64,000 nt of DNA from an uncultured Chloroflexota bacterium (GCA_903822495.1 CAIJPD010000059.1:7130-71129); one strand, 5' to 3'. Positions 1 through 10,713 are shown, counted from the stretch's first letter. Notes: generated by a model not told the origin, from the sequence alone. A program made the numbers and translations.

Positions 1-326
1 TGGTCACGGCCACCCGCGATCCGGGCCGTCACGGCCTGGCCGAGCTGGCCCGTTACCTGACCTTTGGAGCCAGCCCGCGCGCCAGCATCAACCTGATCCT
101 CACCGCCAAGGCACTCGCCTACGTCCGCGGCCGCGACTTCGTGCTTCCCCAGGACGTCCTCGACATGACCCTGGACGTCATGCGTCACCGGATGGTGCTC
201 TCCTTCGAGGCACTCTCCGAGAACGTCACGGCGGATGAGCTGCTGCGGGCCATCCTCGCGCGGATCCCGGCTCCGGCGGTCCCGCTCCGAGCGCAGGCGC
301 GCGTCGGCGTCGGCGTCGGCGCCTGA
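1..326 (+). CDS. MoxR-family AAA+ ATPase, C-terminal part (5' truncated by window edge)
   Basis: Frame open from position 3 reads ...YLTFGASPRASINL...DFVLPQDV...LRHR-like MoxR lid motifs; directly upstream of DUF58 and VWA genes. Confidence 0.9.
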   Translation, partial: VTATRDPGRHGLAELARYLTFGASPRASINLILTAKALAYVRGRDFVLPQDVLDMTLDVMRHRMVLSFEALSENVTADELLRAILARIPAPAVPLRAQARVGVGVGA

Positions 327-387
327 GTCCGAGACGAGGCGACGGTGAGGCAGCGGTGGCCACGGACAGGCGGCCCTGGGTGACGGC

Positions 388-1359
388 GTGACGCTCCAGC
401 AGGACGCGCCAGCCCTCGACGGGGGCGCGATCGAGACCGAGACGGCCGGGGGCGCCGGGCGCACGCCGACCGCTGCGGAGCGCGTCCTCCAGCGGCTGGA
501 CTGGCACGTGGTCCGGCGGCTCGACGGCCTGCTCCAGGGCGACTACCGGAGCCTCCTGTTTGGCCACGGCCTGGACTTCGCCAACCTGCGCGAGTACCAG
601 CCCGAGGATGACATCCGGTACATCGACTGGAACGTCACCGCACGCCTCGACACCCCCCATGTCCGCCAGTACCACGAGGACCGTGACATCACGGCGTGGT
701 TCCTGCTGGACATGAGCCCGTCCGTGGACTTTGGGACCGCCGATGCCGACCGGGCCAAGCGCACGGTCCTGATCGACTTCGTCGCCACGCTCGCGCGCCT
801 CCTGACCCGTCACGGCAACCGCGTGGGCGCGGTCCTGTACGGCGACCGGATCGAGCGCACGATCCCCGCCGGCGGGAGCCGTCTCCAGGTCCTCCGCCTG
901 ATCAACGACCTGCTGGAGTCGCCACGCCTCCGGCGCAGCGGCGTCACGGACCTGGGCGCGCTCATGGACGCCGGGAGCCGGACCATCCGGCGCCGCTCCC
1001 TGGTGTTCGTGATCAGCGACTTCATCAGCACGCCCGGCTGGGAGGCCGCGCTCAACCGGTTGAGCCGCCGCCACGAGGTGATCGCCATCCGCCTCACGGA
1101 CCCCCGCGAGCACGACCTCCCGGACGTGGGCCCGCTGATCATGGAGGACGCCGAGACGGGCGAGCAGCTCTACGTGGACACGCGCGACAAGGCCTTCCGG
1201 CAGCGCTTCCGGGACGCGGCAACGCGCCGCGACGAGGCCCTGCGGACCTCGTTCATGCGAGCCGGCGTGGAGGCGGTGGAGATGTCCACCGACGAGGACC
1301 TGGTCCGCTCCATCGTCCGGCTCGCCGGCAGCCGCAAGCGACGGCGGGGTCACGCATGA
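388..1359 (+). CDS. DUF58 domain protein (MoxR-associated)
   Basis: G-DF-NLREYQP-DDIR-IDWNVTAR and LLDMSPSVDFG motifs; canonical position after MoxR. Confidence 0.9.
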   Translation: MTLQQDAPALDGGAIETETAGGAGRTPTAAERVLQRLDWHVVRRLDGLLQGDYRSLLFGHGLDFANLREYQPEDDIRYIDWNVTARLDTPHVRQYHEDRDITAWFLLDMSPSVDFGTADADRAKRTVLIDFVATLARLLTRHGNRVGAVLYGDRIERTIPAGGSRLQVLRLINDLLESPRLRRSGVTDLGALMDAGSRTIRRRSLVFVISDFISTPGWEAALNRLSRRHEVIAIRLTDPREHDLPDVGPLIMEDAETGEQLYVDTRDKAFRQRFRDAATRRDEALRTSFMRAGVEAVEMSTDEDLVRSIVRLAGSRKRRRGHA

Positions 1360-2366
1360 CGTTCGCCTGGCCGATCCTGCTGGTGGCCGTCCCGCTGGTG
1401 CCCCTCGGCGCCCTGGCGCTCTGGGTCATGGGCCGACGCCGCGCCGCGCGCGTCGCGTCGTTCGGGCACCTCAACCTCGCCCCGTCCGCCACGGGCCGGC
1501 GCGTCGCCGTTCGCCGCAAGATCACCGCCGCGTTCTACCTGTTGGGGCTGATGCTCCTGGCCTTCTCCCTCGCCCGGCCCACCGCGGTCGTCAGCCTGCC
1601 CGTCTCGGAGGGGCTGGTCATCCTGGCCTTCGACGTCTCGCAGAGCATGGCCGCCGACGACCTCCAGCCCACCCGGATGGAGGCGGCCAAGGTGGCGGCC
1701 AAGGCATTCGTCGCGCGCCAGCCCGTGAGCGTCGTCATCGGCGTGGTGGCGTTCTCCGACAGCGGCTTCTCGGTCCAGGCACCCAGCAACGACCCGGCGA
1801 CCGTCAGCGCAGCCATCGATCGTCTGCAGCCGCAGCGCGGGACGTCGCTGGGGCAGGGCATCCTCGATTCGCTCAACGCGATCGCCCTCGCCGAGACCGA
1901 CCAGGTCAAGGGCTTCTACACCAACCGGAGCCCGGAGCCCAGCATCGCCCCCACCCCGGTCCCGCCGGGGACGCACACGTCTGCCTCGATCGTCCTCCTG
2001 ACCGACGGCGAGAACAACCAGCGGCCCGATCCGCTCCAGGCCGCGCAGTCGGCCGCCGGTCGCGGGATCCGGATCTACCCGATCGGCATCGGCAGCGAGG
2101 CCGGCGCCGACCTCAAGATCGACGGCTTCACCATCCACTCGCAGCTGGACCCCGACCTGCTGGGCCAGATCGCCCAGGTCACCGGGGGCCGCTACTTCTC
2201 CGCCGAGAGCGCCGCCGACCTGCAGTCGATCTACGACACGCTGGACCCGCGGGTCGACTTCCGGAACCAGCTGACGGAGGTCACCGCCTTCCTCGCGGCG
2301 TTCGGCCTCGTGCTGATCCTCGTGGGCGGGATCACCTCGCTGGCCTGGACGGGCCGGCTGCCATGA
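1356..2366 (+). CDS. VWA domain membrane protein (BatA-like)
   Basis: ATGA overlap with the DUF58 stop; N-terminal TM; MIDAS DVSQSM, TDGENN; C-terminal TM. Confidence 0.88.
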   Translation: MTFAWPILLVAVPLVPLGALALWVMGRRRAARVASFGHLNLAPSATGRRVAVRRKITAAFYLLGLMLLAFSLARPTAVVSLPVSEGLVILAFDVSQSMAADDLQPTRMEAAKVAAKAFVARQPVSVVIGVVAFSDSGFSVQAPSNDPATVSAAIDRLQPQRGTSLGQGILDSLNAIALAETDQVKGFYTNRSPEPSIAPTPVPPGTHTSASIVLLTDGENNQRPDPLQAAQSAAGRGIRIYPIGIGSEAGADLKIDGFTIHSQLDPDLLGQIAQVTGGRYFSAESAADLQSIYDTLDPRVDFRNQLTEVTAFLAAFGLVLILVGGITSLAWTGRLP

Positions 2367-2421
2367 CCATGTCTGAGGTCGCGGGGCGGGCCCGCGTGCT
2401 GACTGCTGCGGGGTGCGCGCG

Positions 2422-3534
2422 ATGAGCCTCCTCTGGCCTGGGGCGCTGGCGCTCCTCCTCCTGGTCCCGGCGCTGGTGGCGGCCTATGCCTGGTCCCAGC
2501 GTCGCGGGTCGCGCCCGGCGCTCCGGTACTCCAGCCTGTCGCTGGTCCGCGAAGCGCTGCCGGGCTCCTCGCGCGTCCGACGTCACCTGCCGTTCGCGCT
2601 GTTCGCGGCCGCGCTCGCCAGCCTGCTGCTGGGCATGAGCCGGCCGGTCGCCATCGTGAGCGTGCCCAGCAGCCAGACGACGATCCTGCTGACGATCGAC
2701 GTCTCCGGGAGCATGTGCTCGACCGATATCCAGCCCAACCGGCTCCTCGCGGCGGAGGCCGCGGCCGCCAAGTTCATCACGGCGCAGGGGCCCAACGCGC
2801 TGATCGGGATCGTGGCCTTCGGTGGCTTCGCGGAGATCGTGCAGGCGCCCACCAACGATCGTGCATTGCTCCTCGACGCGATCCGGTCGCTGACGACCGG
2901 GCGTCGGACCGCGATCGGCAGCGGGCTCCTCCGGGCGATCGACGCCATCGCCCTGATCGATCCCAACGTGGCGCCCAGCCGGACCGACACCAGCACCACG
3001 GTCCCGCCCACCCCGGTGCTGCCCGGCGCCTACGTGCCCGACATCATCGTGCTGCTCACCGACGGCGCCAGCAACTCGGGACCGCTCCCGGTCGATGCCG
3101 CGCAGCAGGCCGTGGACCGCGGCATCCGTGTCTACACCATCGGGTTTGGGACGGCCGGCGGGGGCGGCCTCGCGGCCAACTGCGCGCCCGGCTTCGTGGG
3201 ACGCGAGCCCAACGCGTCGGGCGCCCCGGTCCCGGGCGGCGGCTTTGGCGGCGGCGGCTTTGGCGGCGGCGGATTTGGTGGCGGCACCCAGGGTGGCGGC
3301 AACTTCCGGCGCGGCATCGACGAGGTCACCCTCAAGCAGGTCGCCGACCTGACCGGCGGCGAGTACTACCCGGCCGAGAGCGCCGGGGAGCTCCAGGCCG
3401 TCTTCGACAAGCTGCCCACCTACCTCATCGTGAAGCACGAGACCCAGGAGCTGACGGTCCTGCTGGTCGCGCTGGCCACACTCCTGATCGCCACGTCGCT
3501 GGCGCTCGCCCAGGCCTGGCGGCCCTTGCCGTAG
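2422..3534 (+). CDS. Second VWA domain membrane protein
   Basis: DVSGSM MIDAS, TDGASN, GIRVYTIGFG; Gly-rich GGFGG insert; start could be 2413. Confidence 0.88.
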   Translation: MSLLWPGALALLLLVPALVAAYAWSQRRGSRPALRYSSLSLVREALPGSSRVRRHLPFALFAAALASLLLGMSRPVAIVSVPSSQTTILLTIDVSGSMCSTDIQPNRLLAAEAAAAKFITAQGPNALIGIVAFGGFAEIVQAPTNDRALLLDAIRSLTTGRRTAIGSGLLRAIDAIALIDPNVAPSRTDTSTTVPPTPVLPGAYVPDIIVLLTDGASNSGPLPVDAAQQAVDRGIRVYTIGFGTAGGGGLAANCAPGFVGREPNASGAPVPGGGFGGGGFGGGGFGGGTQGGGNFRRGIDEVTLKQVADLTGGEYYPAESAGELQAVFDKLPTYLIVKHETQELTVLLVALATLLIATSLALAQAWRPLP

Positions 3535-3698
3535 CCGGGCCGCGACCGCCCACGGCCATTTCGGGACCAACGGACGGGCCGGATGGACCGTCCGGCGGAC
3601 TGCGCCGCGTGGGATGCTTCTGCCGATGGCGCCCCCTGCCGGGCCGCGCCAGCGTGCGGGTCCCCAGCGTGCAGGTCCGGCGGAAGGGAGCAGGGAGC

Positions 3699-4376
3699 GT
3701 GGCACCCAGATCCGGATCCGTCGCCGCGATGGCGCTTGCCGCCGTATTGCTGGTGGCAGGCTGCGGCGGGGCCGTCGCCACCCCCCGCGCGTCGGTCGGG
3801 CCCACGGGCCTGCCGGCCGGCACCTACACCAGCAAGGCGTTCAAGCCGGCGCTGTCCTACACCGTCCCGGCCGGCTGGGCCAACGACAACGACACCGCCG
3901 ACTACTTTGCCATTCGCCCCGCCGTCTCCGATGCGGTCGGCATCTCGGTGTTCCAGTCGCCCCTGGCGATGTCGCAGGACAAGGCCTGCCCGGATGCCGG
4001 CGAGCCCGGGGTGGACACCTCGGCTGCGGGCCTGGCCGCCTGGATCCGCGGGCTGAAGGGGCTCAAGGTCAGCGCGCCCCGCCTGGCCGCGATCGGCGGG
4101 CTGCGCGGCACCGAGATCGACGTGGAGATCGCCGATGGGTGGACGTTCTCCTGCTCGTTCGCCGGCGGGCTGCCCACCGTGCCCCTCTTCTTCGGCAGGG
4201 ACGGTGACTATCACTGGGTCGTCGCCGGCACGGAGAAGCTCCGGCTCGACATCCTCGACGGCCCGGACAAGTCCACCATCGTGGTGGACGTGGATGCCTT
4301 CGACGGCGTGCTCTTCGATGATCTCGTCATCGCGTCGGGGCCCATCACCCGGTCGTTCTCCTTCAAGTCGAATTGA
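3699..4376 (+). CDS. Hypothetical lipoprotein
   Basis: Lipobox LLVAGC after a hydrophobic stretch; GGGAG upstream of GTG 3699 (alternative ATG 3729). Confidence 0.7.
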   Translation: MAPRSGSVAAMALAAVLLVAGCGGAVATPRASVGPTGLPAGTYTSKAFKPALSYTVPAGWANDNDTADYFAIRPAVSDAVGISVFQSPLAMSQDKACPDAGEPGVDTSAAGLAAWIRGLKGLKVSAPRLAAIGGLRGTEIDVEIADGWTFSCSFAGGLPTVPLFFGRDGDYHWVVAGTEKLRLDILDGPDKSTIVVDVDAFDGVLFDDLVIASGPITRSFSFKSN

Positions 4377-5473
4377 CGCCCGCCGGCCGACGTGACGCCC
4401 GCGGCCCCGGCCGCCCCGTCGGCGTCGCAGGATTCGGCGCCTTCATCGCCGGGCTGGCGGCGGCGCTCCTGATCGTCGCGGCGGGCGTCCTGTACGTGGC
4501 CGTGGAGATGACGCTCTCGCCGGCGCGCTGGCTCGATGCGCTGGAGGCGGGCAACGCCTACGACCGGGCCCCGGCGGCCATCGCCGAGCAGATCGTCACG
4601 TGGGTCGACGGCCTCCCCAGCGACCATCCCCGGACCCTGGAGCCGCTGGATCGCTCCGACGTGGAGGCGATCGCCTTCGCCCTCGCCCCGCCCGATTGGC
4701 TTCGCTCCGAGGCGCAGCGCGTGGTGCCGGCGCTCGTGGATGGCGTGGTGGCCAGCGGCCAGGTGCACGCGATCGTGGCCCTCGACACCCTCAAGGCACG
4801 CCTGACCGGGCCCACCGTCCTGGGCGTGGTCCTCGACCGGATCGCGACCTGGCCGGCCTGTACGGTCGCGCAGTCCATCGACCTGCTGGGCGACCATCCG
4901 CCGCGCTGCCGGCCCACCGCCGTCTCGAGCGGCCAGCTGGCCGTGGTCGTGGCCGGACGCTTCTCGGTGGTGGCGGCGGAGCTGCCGGACAGCGTGGACC
5001 TGGCGACGCCGGGCGACGCCCCGGGCGCCGGTGTCCTGGCGACGGCCGGGATCAATGACATCCTGCGACTTGCCGCCGCGGCCCGCACCGGCCTGCCACT
5101 GGCGGTCCTCGCGGTGATCGTCCTGCTGCTGATCGGCGCGGCCCTCGCCCTGACTGCCGGCTCGCGCGGCTGGCGGCTCATCACCCGTCGGCTGGGTGCG
5201 ACCGTCCTCGCCGGCGGGATCGGCCTCCTGGTTCTCTCCCTGGGCATCGATTCGCTGCTGGCCGCCGTCGTGGGCGGGATCCGTGGCGCGCTGGCCGACG
5301 GGGGCATGGCGCCCAGGCTCGTCACCGTCGTCGGGTCGGCGTCGCTCGTCATGGTGGATCGAGCAGGTTGGCTCTTCGTGCTGCTGGCCGCTCCGCTGAT
5401 CGCGGGCGGCCTGGCGCTGATCGCGGCCGGCTGGCTGGTGGCGGGCCGGGTGCGCACCGTCACCGCTCCCTGA
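4373..5473 (+). CDS. Hypothetical integral membrane protein
   Basis: N-terminal TM, soluble domain, three C-terminal TMs; overlaps the upstream stop by 4 nt. Confidence 0.65.
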   Translation: MTPAGRRDARGPGRPVGVAGFGAFIAGLAAALLIVAAGVLYVAVEMTLSPARWLDALEAGNAYDRAPAAIAEQIVTWVDGLPSDHPRTLEPLDRSDVEAIAFALAPPDWLRSEAQRVVPALVDGVVASGQVHAIVALDTLKARLTGPTVLGVVLDRIATWPACTVAQSIDLLGDHPPRCRPTAVSSGQLAVVVAGRFSVVAAELPDSVDLATPGDAPGAGVLATAGINDILRLAAAARTGLPLAVLAVIVLLLIGAALALTAGSRGWRLITRRLGATVLAGGIGLLVLSLGIDSLLAAVVGGIRGALADGGMAPRLVTVVGSASLVMVDRAGWLFVLLAAPLIAGGLALIAAGWLVAGRVRTVTAP

Positions 5474-5527
5474 CCCGGGTCTCGGCGCCCACTCCCATTG
5501 GCGCAGGCTTCAGCGTATCTTCACGAC

Positions 5528-7201
5528 GTGACCGCCCCGAGTCGCTCCCCGCGCACCGCCCTGGCCGGCGTGGGCATCTCGCTCGTGGTGGTCATGGCGT
5601 CGCTCCTCGCCACGCTCCACGCGGCGGGGCCGCGGACGCTGCTCACGCCGCCCGCCGGCGCGTCTGCCTCCGCCTCGGCATCGGCACCGGCATCGGCCGC
5701 GCAGGTCGGCGCGGGGACCCTCCCGCCCACCGGGCCCATCCCGTCCGGTTCCGCTGCCGCGTCAGCCTCGGCCCCGCCCACGACACCGCCACCGCCCATC
5801 GCGACGGGCGCGCCCGTGGCCTCCGGCACGCTCCCGGCCACCCCCGCGCCGGCCACGCAGAGCCCGACCAGCGCAACCCCGCTCGACACCGCCACCGGCA
5901 AGGACATCAAGCCGCCGGTCGCCCTGCCGGCGCGGGTGGACCTGTATGCCGGCGCGGTCTCCATCACGGCCGGCCAGCCGCTGGAGCTCCACGTCTCCAC
6001 CGCCGCGGCCGGGTACCGCCTGTCGATCGCCCGGAGCGACGCGACGGTCAGCGGCGGATCACAGGTCGTGGCGACGGTCGATGGTCGCCCGGGCCACGAC
6101 TACCGCGCCCTGGCGACCTACGATTCGCTGACCAGGACGGCCCGCGCGAACTGGCCCGTGACCGACCGCGTGGTGAGCAGCGGCTGGTCGCCGGGCGTCT
6201 ACATCGCGACGGCCACGGACACCAGCGGGACGCTGGGACGCGCCATCTTCGTGGTCCGCAACCAGGTCCTGACGCCCAACCAGCCCGTCTTCGTCTTCTC
6301 GGCGCTGACCTACCAGGCCTACAACCTGTGGGGCGGCGGGAACCTGTACGGCTACGCCGGCCCCAAGGCGACGCGCGTCAGCTTTGAGCGCCCGTACGAC
6401 CAGGCTGGGGGCCGCGGCTTCTGGACGAAGAGCGACGACCGGATCCTCGCCTGGCTCCAGCGACGCCAGCAACTCCAGTACACGACCGACTACGACCTGG
6501 CCGTGGCGCCACCCGCGATCGTGCCCCGGCTGGTGATCTTCCCGCGCCACACGGAGTACGTGCCCCTGGCCCTGCGGGACTGGCTGGAGCATTACGTCAA
6601 CGATCTGGGCTACATGAACGTGCTCAGCTTCGGCGCCAACGGCTTCTACTGGCAGGTCCGCCTGGCCGCCGCGCGGACCGCCGGCGCCCCGCTGGACATC
6701 GTCTGCTACAAGAGCGCCGCGGCGGACCCGGAGGCGGCGGCGCACCCCGGGCTGGCGACGGTTCGCTGGCAGGACGAGCCCGTGAACCGACCCGAGGGCG
6801 CGGTGATCGGCTCGCAGTACGCCGAGGTGGTGGCCGACGGCTACGCTCGCTACAACCTCAGCGTGACCGCCGATGCGCCGGCCTGGCTCCTCCAGGGGAC
6901 CGGCTGGGTCACCGGGACGGTGGCCCGCGGGCTGCTCCAGGGAGAGGCGGACGCGCCGTACCCGGGCTCAGGCTCGGTCGGGGTGCTGGCCGGGGTGGCG
7001 CCGGATCCCCTGGGCCACCGCATCTATCCGGCGTCCACGATCCGGGTGTCGCCCGCCGGGTCGCGCATCTTCGACGCCGGTTCGTTTGGCTGGGCCGACG
7101 GACTCTCCCCGGCCGTCATCAATATGGGGACCACCCAGGGCAGCTTCGACCGGCTGAACGAGAACCTGCTGCGCTGGCTGGGCTTCCCCGTCAACCCCTG
7201 A
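5528..7201 (+). CDS. Secreted/anchored protein with N,N-dimethylformamidase beta-subunit-like (DUF6605) domain
   Basis: TYQAYNLWGGGNLY and VSFERPY motifs; Pro/Ala/Thr linker after an N-terminal TM; TATCTT 6 nt before GTG 5528. Confidence 0.75.
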   Translation: MTAPSRSPRTALAGVGISLVVVMASLLATLHAAGPRTLLTPPAGASASASASAPASAAQVGAGTLPPTGPIPSGSAAASASAPPTTPPPPIATGAPVASGTLPATPAPATQSPTSATPLDTATGKDIKPPVALPARVDLYAGAVSITAGQPLELHVSTAAAGYRLSIARSDATVSGGSQVVATVDGRPGHDYRALATYDSLTRTARANWPVTDRVVSSGWSPGVYIATATDTSGTLGRAIFVVRNQVLTPNQPVFVFSALTYQAYNLWGGGNLYGYAGPKATRVSFERPYDQAGGRGFWTKSDDRILAWLQRRQQLQYTTDYDLAVAPPAIVPRLVIFPRHTEYVPLALRDWLEHYVNDLGYMNVLSFGANGFYWQVRLAAARTAGAPLDIVCYKSAAADPEAAAHPGLATVRWQDEPVNRPEGAVIGSQYAEVVADGYARYNLSVTADAPAWLLQGTGWVTGTVARGLLQGEADAPYPGSGSVGVLAGVAPDPLGHRIYPASTIRVSPAGSRIFDAGSFGWADGLSPAVINMGTTQGSFDRLNENLLRWLGFPVNP

Positions 7202-7251
7202 GCGGTCAACCCCTGAGCGGTCAACCCCTGAGCGGTCAACCCCTGAGCGGT
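7190..7251. repeat. Perfect tandem repeat, 4 x 15 bp (GTCAACCCCTGAGCG)
   Basis: Read directly. The first unit holds the TGA of 5528-7201; the last unit holds the stop of the convergent gene. Confidence 0.95.
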
Positions 7252-8378
7252 GCTCGTCCGCCGGCCCCGGCCGAGCGCAGCCGGGCATCAAGCCCGCGGA
7301 GTCGCGGCCACGCTCCCGCCGCAAACAGCGCAGCGAGGATGGGGAGCAGGAACCAGTGCGCCCAGAGCTGCGGCGTCACGAGCAGGGGCGCCGTGGCCGC
7401 CAGGACGAACCCGCCGGGCCCATCCAGCCGCCGGGCGAGCACGAAGCCCATCAGGCCCAGCCCGACGCCGCGGGAGATCCAGGCCGCGGCCCCCGTGCCC
7501 AGGAGCGGCGCCAGCCAGGCCGACGGTGCCAGGTTGGTGGCGTTCGCCAGCGGGACCACGTTGAGCTGCACCGCGATGGTGTCGCCGATCACGCCGGGGT
7601 CAAGGAGGAGCACCGGGAGGGTGAGGGCGATGAGCACGGCCGCGGCGAGCAGCGACCCGCGGGCCACCACGCCCCGACCCTCGCGGGCCGCCAGGAGCCA
7701 GGCCGCGAGGCCCATCGCGGGCACAATCTTGACCGCCGCCAGCACCACGCCGGTCGCCACCAGGGCGATGGCCGCCCGCCCGCTCGCCCGCCGTCTCCCC
7801 CACCAGGCCAGGGCCAGGCCCAGCAGGACCAGCGCGTTGGGATTCGCGAAGTGGAGCTGGTCCACCAGCCCGATGGACGGCCCATACAGCGGCGGGCCCA
7901 GGGCCGCGGCGGCCAGGAGGAGGCTCGTGCCCCACCACAGGCGTCGCGGCCAGGCCAGCAGGACGGCACCGGCCAGGGCCACCGCCATGAGGCCGGCCCA
8001 GGCGCCCTCGCGGATCCCCGCCGGCACGAGCAGCAGCGCTGCGACGAGCGAGGCGTTGTATGGCGGGTGGAGTGACCACGTGTACGTCGGCGCCCCGTCG
8101 CTGCCCGTGGCCTGCGAGAAGGGCGCGGTCACGTACTCCGGGCGGTTGAGCGGGAGGCCGGCCGCGAGGCGGTCCAATCCGTCCTGCAGCCAGCGCCAGT
8201 CCGATCCCCAGTCGGAGGCACCCACCAGCCCGGCCACGTGGCGGATCGGCCCGGACGCCGCCCAGGCGAAGACGACCAGGATCGCGACCAGCACGGCCAG
8301 CCGGCGCGGACGATCCCAGCGGCCTCGGGCCGTGGGAGCATGTTCGGGCGGCGCTGCCTGCCGCGGGGTGATCGCCAT
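7236..8378 (-). CDS. Polytopic membrane protein, GT87-like (GT-C fold) glycosyltransferase
   Basis: Many TMs, HPPY motif, NPNALVLL, AAVKIVP (K-P), QLWAHW; typical of GT87-like proteins. Confidence 0.65.
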   Translation of the reverse strand: MAITPRQAAPPEHAPTARGRWDRPRRLAVLVAILVVFAWAASGPIRHVAGLVGASDWGSDWRWLQDGLDRLAAGLPLNRPEYVTAPFSQATGSDGAPTYTWSLHPPYNASLVAALLLVPAGIREGAWAGLMAVALAGAVLLAWPRRLWWGTSLLLAAAALGPPLYGPSIGLVDQLHFANPNALVLLGLALAWWGRRRASGRAAIALVATGVVLAAVKIVPAMGLAAWLLAAREGRGVVARGSLLAAAVLIALTLPVLLLDPGVIGDTIAVQLNVVPLANATNLAPSAWLAPLLGTGAAAWISRGVGLGLMGFVLARRLDGPGGFVLAATAPLLVTPQLWAHWFLLPILAALFAAGAWPRLRGLDARLRSAGAGGRAPLRG

Positions 8379-8592
8379 CGCCCCACGATAGCGTCCCGGG
8401 TTCGCCGGATCGAGGCGGCACACGGCGGCACACGGCGCTCGCCCTCCCACGGCCACCACCTGCGTGCCAGAGCCGCCGCTTGGCGTCATCCGCTACCCTC
8501 TCGCCAACGACGCTCCCGGTCGGTCACCGCGCGGGAGCCCATGGGTCCGGCTGTCAAGTGGCGGCCGCGCAACCTCGCAGCTGGGAGATCAC

Positions 8593-10626
8593 ATGGCTGG
8601 ACGCGCACCGCGCACCGGACCAGCAGCGTCGCGCGTTCGCCGCGGCTACACCATCCGCGACCAGGTGGCACTGCGCCGCCTGTCCGGCTACGCCGTCTCC
8701 GCCGACGGGTCCGGGATCGCACTGCGGATCACCTCGGCCCGGCCCGGGAGCAATCGCCTGGACTCGACGATCTGGCTGATGGACGGCGACGGCGCCGGGC
8801 TGCGGAAGCTCAAGGGGAGCGGCCGCGAGGGCAACCCGGTCTTCGGCCCCGACGGCAGCCTCTTCTACCTGACGGGCCCGCGCGGCAAGGAGCGCCAGGT
8901 GGTCCGCCTGGCCCCGGGCGCCGATGCCCCGGAGGCCGTGACCGCCTCGCCCATCGATATCGACACGTTCGTCCTGTCGCGCGACGGGTCCAGCGTCGCG
9001 TTCTCGGCCATGGTCTTCCCCGGCACCGGCCCGGACACGCTCGCCGTGACTGCGGCGCGGCTCAAGGAGCACGACGCCCAGCCGCAGACCGGTCGCGTCT
9101 ACGACCAGCTGATGGTCCGCCACTGGGACGAGTGGCGAGATGGACGTCGCCGCCACGTCTTTGTCCAGTCGGTCGCCGGCGGCCCGGCCGTGGATGTCAT
9201 GCCCGACATGGATGCCGATTCGCCGGTCAAGCCGTTCGGTGGCAACGAGCACTACACCTTCACCCCGGACGGGACGGGCGTCGTCTTCACGGCGCGGGAC
9301 GCCGGCCGCGAGGAGGCATGGAGCACGGACCTCGACCTCTTCCTGGCCCCGGGCAACGCCTCCGAGTCGCCGCGCAAGCTCACCACCGAGAACCCGGCCA
9401 CCGACACGGACCCCTCGTTCTCGCCCGATGGGCGGACCCTTGCCTACCTGGCCATGGACCGGCCGGGCTTCGAATCCGACAAGCAGACCGTGCTGCTGCG
9501 CGCCTGGCCGGACGGTGCCACCCGCCGGCTGACCGACCACTGGGATCGGAGCGTTGACTGCCTGGCCTGGTCGGCCGACGGCCGGACGCTCTACCTGAAC
9601 GCCCAGGACACCGGCCAGCGCGGCCTGTTCGCGATCGACGTCGAGAGCGGCCGGGTCACCTCGCTGGTTGGGCGCGGGCACGTCGGGCAGCCGTTTGCGC
9701 AGGGAGGCCGCATCTATTACGTCAACGCGTCGCTGGCCGGCCCCGGGGACCTGTACGTCCTGGAGGACGGCCATGAGCGCCGCCTCACTCGCCTCAACGA
9801 GCGGCCGCTCCGCGGCGTGGCCCTGGGCGAGGCCGAGCAGTTCTCCTTCCCGGGCTGGAACGGCGAGACGGTCCACGGCCACGTCCTGAAGCCGGCCAAC
9901 TTCGATCCCGCCAAGCGCTACCCCGTCGCGTTCATCATCCACGGCGGCCCCCAGGGCAGCTTCTCCAACGACTGGAGCTACCGCTGGAACCCGCAGGTCT
10001 TCGCGGGTGCCGGCTATGCGGCAGTGTTCATCGACTTCCACGGCTCCACCGGCTACGGCCAGGGGTTCACCGACTCCATCTCCGGGGACTGGGGCGGCAA
10101 GCCGCTGGAGGACCTGCAGCAGGGCTGGGCCTACGCCCTGGCCCGATACCCCTTCCTGGACCCGGACCGCGCCGCCGCGCTGGGTGCCAGCTTCGGCGGC
10201 TTCATGGTCAACTACATCGCCGGCGTCTGGAACGAGCCCTGGAAGGCGCTCGTCTCACATGACGGCAACCTCGACGAGCACTTCGCCTACTACGCCACCG
10301 AGGAGCTCTGGTTCCCCGAGTGGGAGCACGGTGGCGTCCCGTGGGAGCATCGCGCGGAGTACGCCAAGCACAACCCCGTGGATCACATCGCGGAATGGCG
10401 CGTCCCGACGCTGGTGATCCACGGCCAGCTGGATTACCGGGTCAGCGACATCGAGGGCCTGGCGATGTTCACGGCGCTGCAGCGCCGCGGGATCCCGTCG
10501 CGCCTGCTCTACTTCCCGGACGAGAACCACTGGGTGCTCAAGCCGCAGAACTCCGTGCAGTGGCACGACACGGTCCTGGGCTGGCTGGCGCAGTGGCTGG
10601 GGGCCGAGGGGCCAACGGACGCCTGA
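8593..10626 (+). CDS. S9-family peptidase (prolyl oligopeptidase/dipeptidyl peptidase-like)
   Basis: Beta-propeller repeats, IHGGPQG, nucleophile GASFGG, D-RV and PDENHW catalytic motifs; GGGAG upstream of ATG. Confidence 0.93.
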   Translation: MAGRAPRTGPAASRVRRGYTIRDQVALRRLSGYAVSADGSGIALRITSARPGSNRLDSTIWLMDGDGAGLRKLKGSGREGNPVFGPDGSLFYLTGPRGKERQVVRLAPGADAPEAVTASPIDIDTFVLSRDGSSVAFSAMVFPGTGPDTLAVTAARLKEHDAQPQTGRVYDQLMVRHWDEWRDGRRRHVFVQSVAGGPAVDVMPDMDADSPVKPFGGNEHYTFTPDGTGVVFTARDAGREEAWSTDLDLFLAPGNASESPRKLTTENPATDTDPSFSPDGRTLAYLAMDRPGFESDKQTVLLRAWPDGATRRLTDHWDRSVDCLAWSADGRTLYLNAQDTGQRGLFAIDVESGRVTSLVGRGHVGQPFAQGGRIYYVNASLAGPGDLYVLEDGHERRLTRLNERPLRGVALGEAEQFSFPGWNGETVHGHVLKPANFDPAKRYPVAFIIHGGPQGSFSNDWSYRWNPQVFAGAGYAAVFIDFHGSTGYGQGFTDSISGDWGGKPLEDLQQGWAYALARYPFLDPDRAAALGASFGGFMVNYIAGVWNEPWKALVSHDGNLDEHFAYYATEELWFPEWEHGGVPWEHRAEYAKHNPVDHIAEWRVPTLVIHGQLDYRVSDIEGLAMFTALQRRGIPSRLLYFPDENHWVLKPQNSVQWHDTVLGWLAQWLGAEGPTDA

Positions 10627-10713
10627 GCCACCACTGGGTCCACGCCCGGCTGCTGGGCAACGGATCAAGGCCGAGGCCGGGGCCGCCCGCCAACGCCGAC
10701 CAGGCCCCGGTCT

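Noticed and set aside
3237-3291. GGFGG coding repeat in the second VWA gene
   Set aside because: Ordinary low-complexity loop that keeps the frame.
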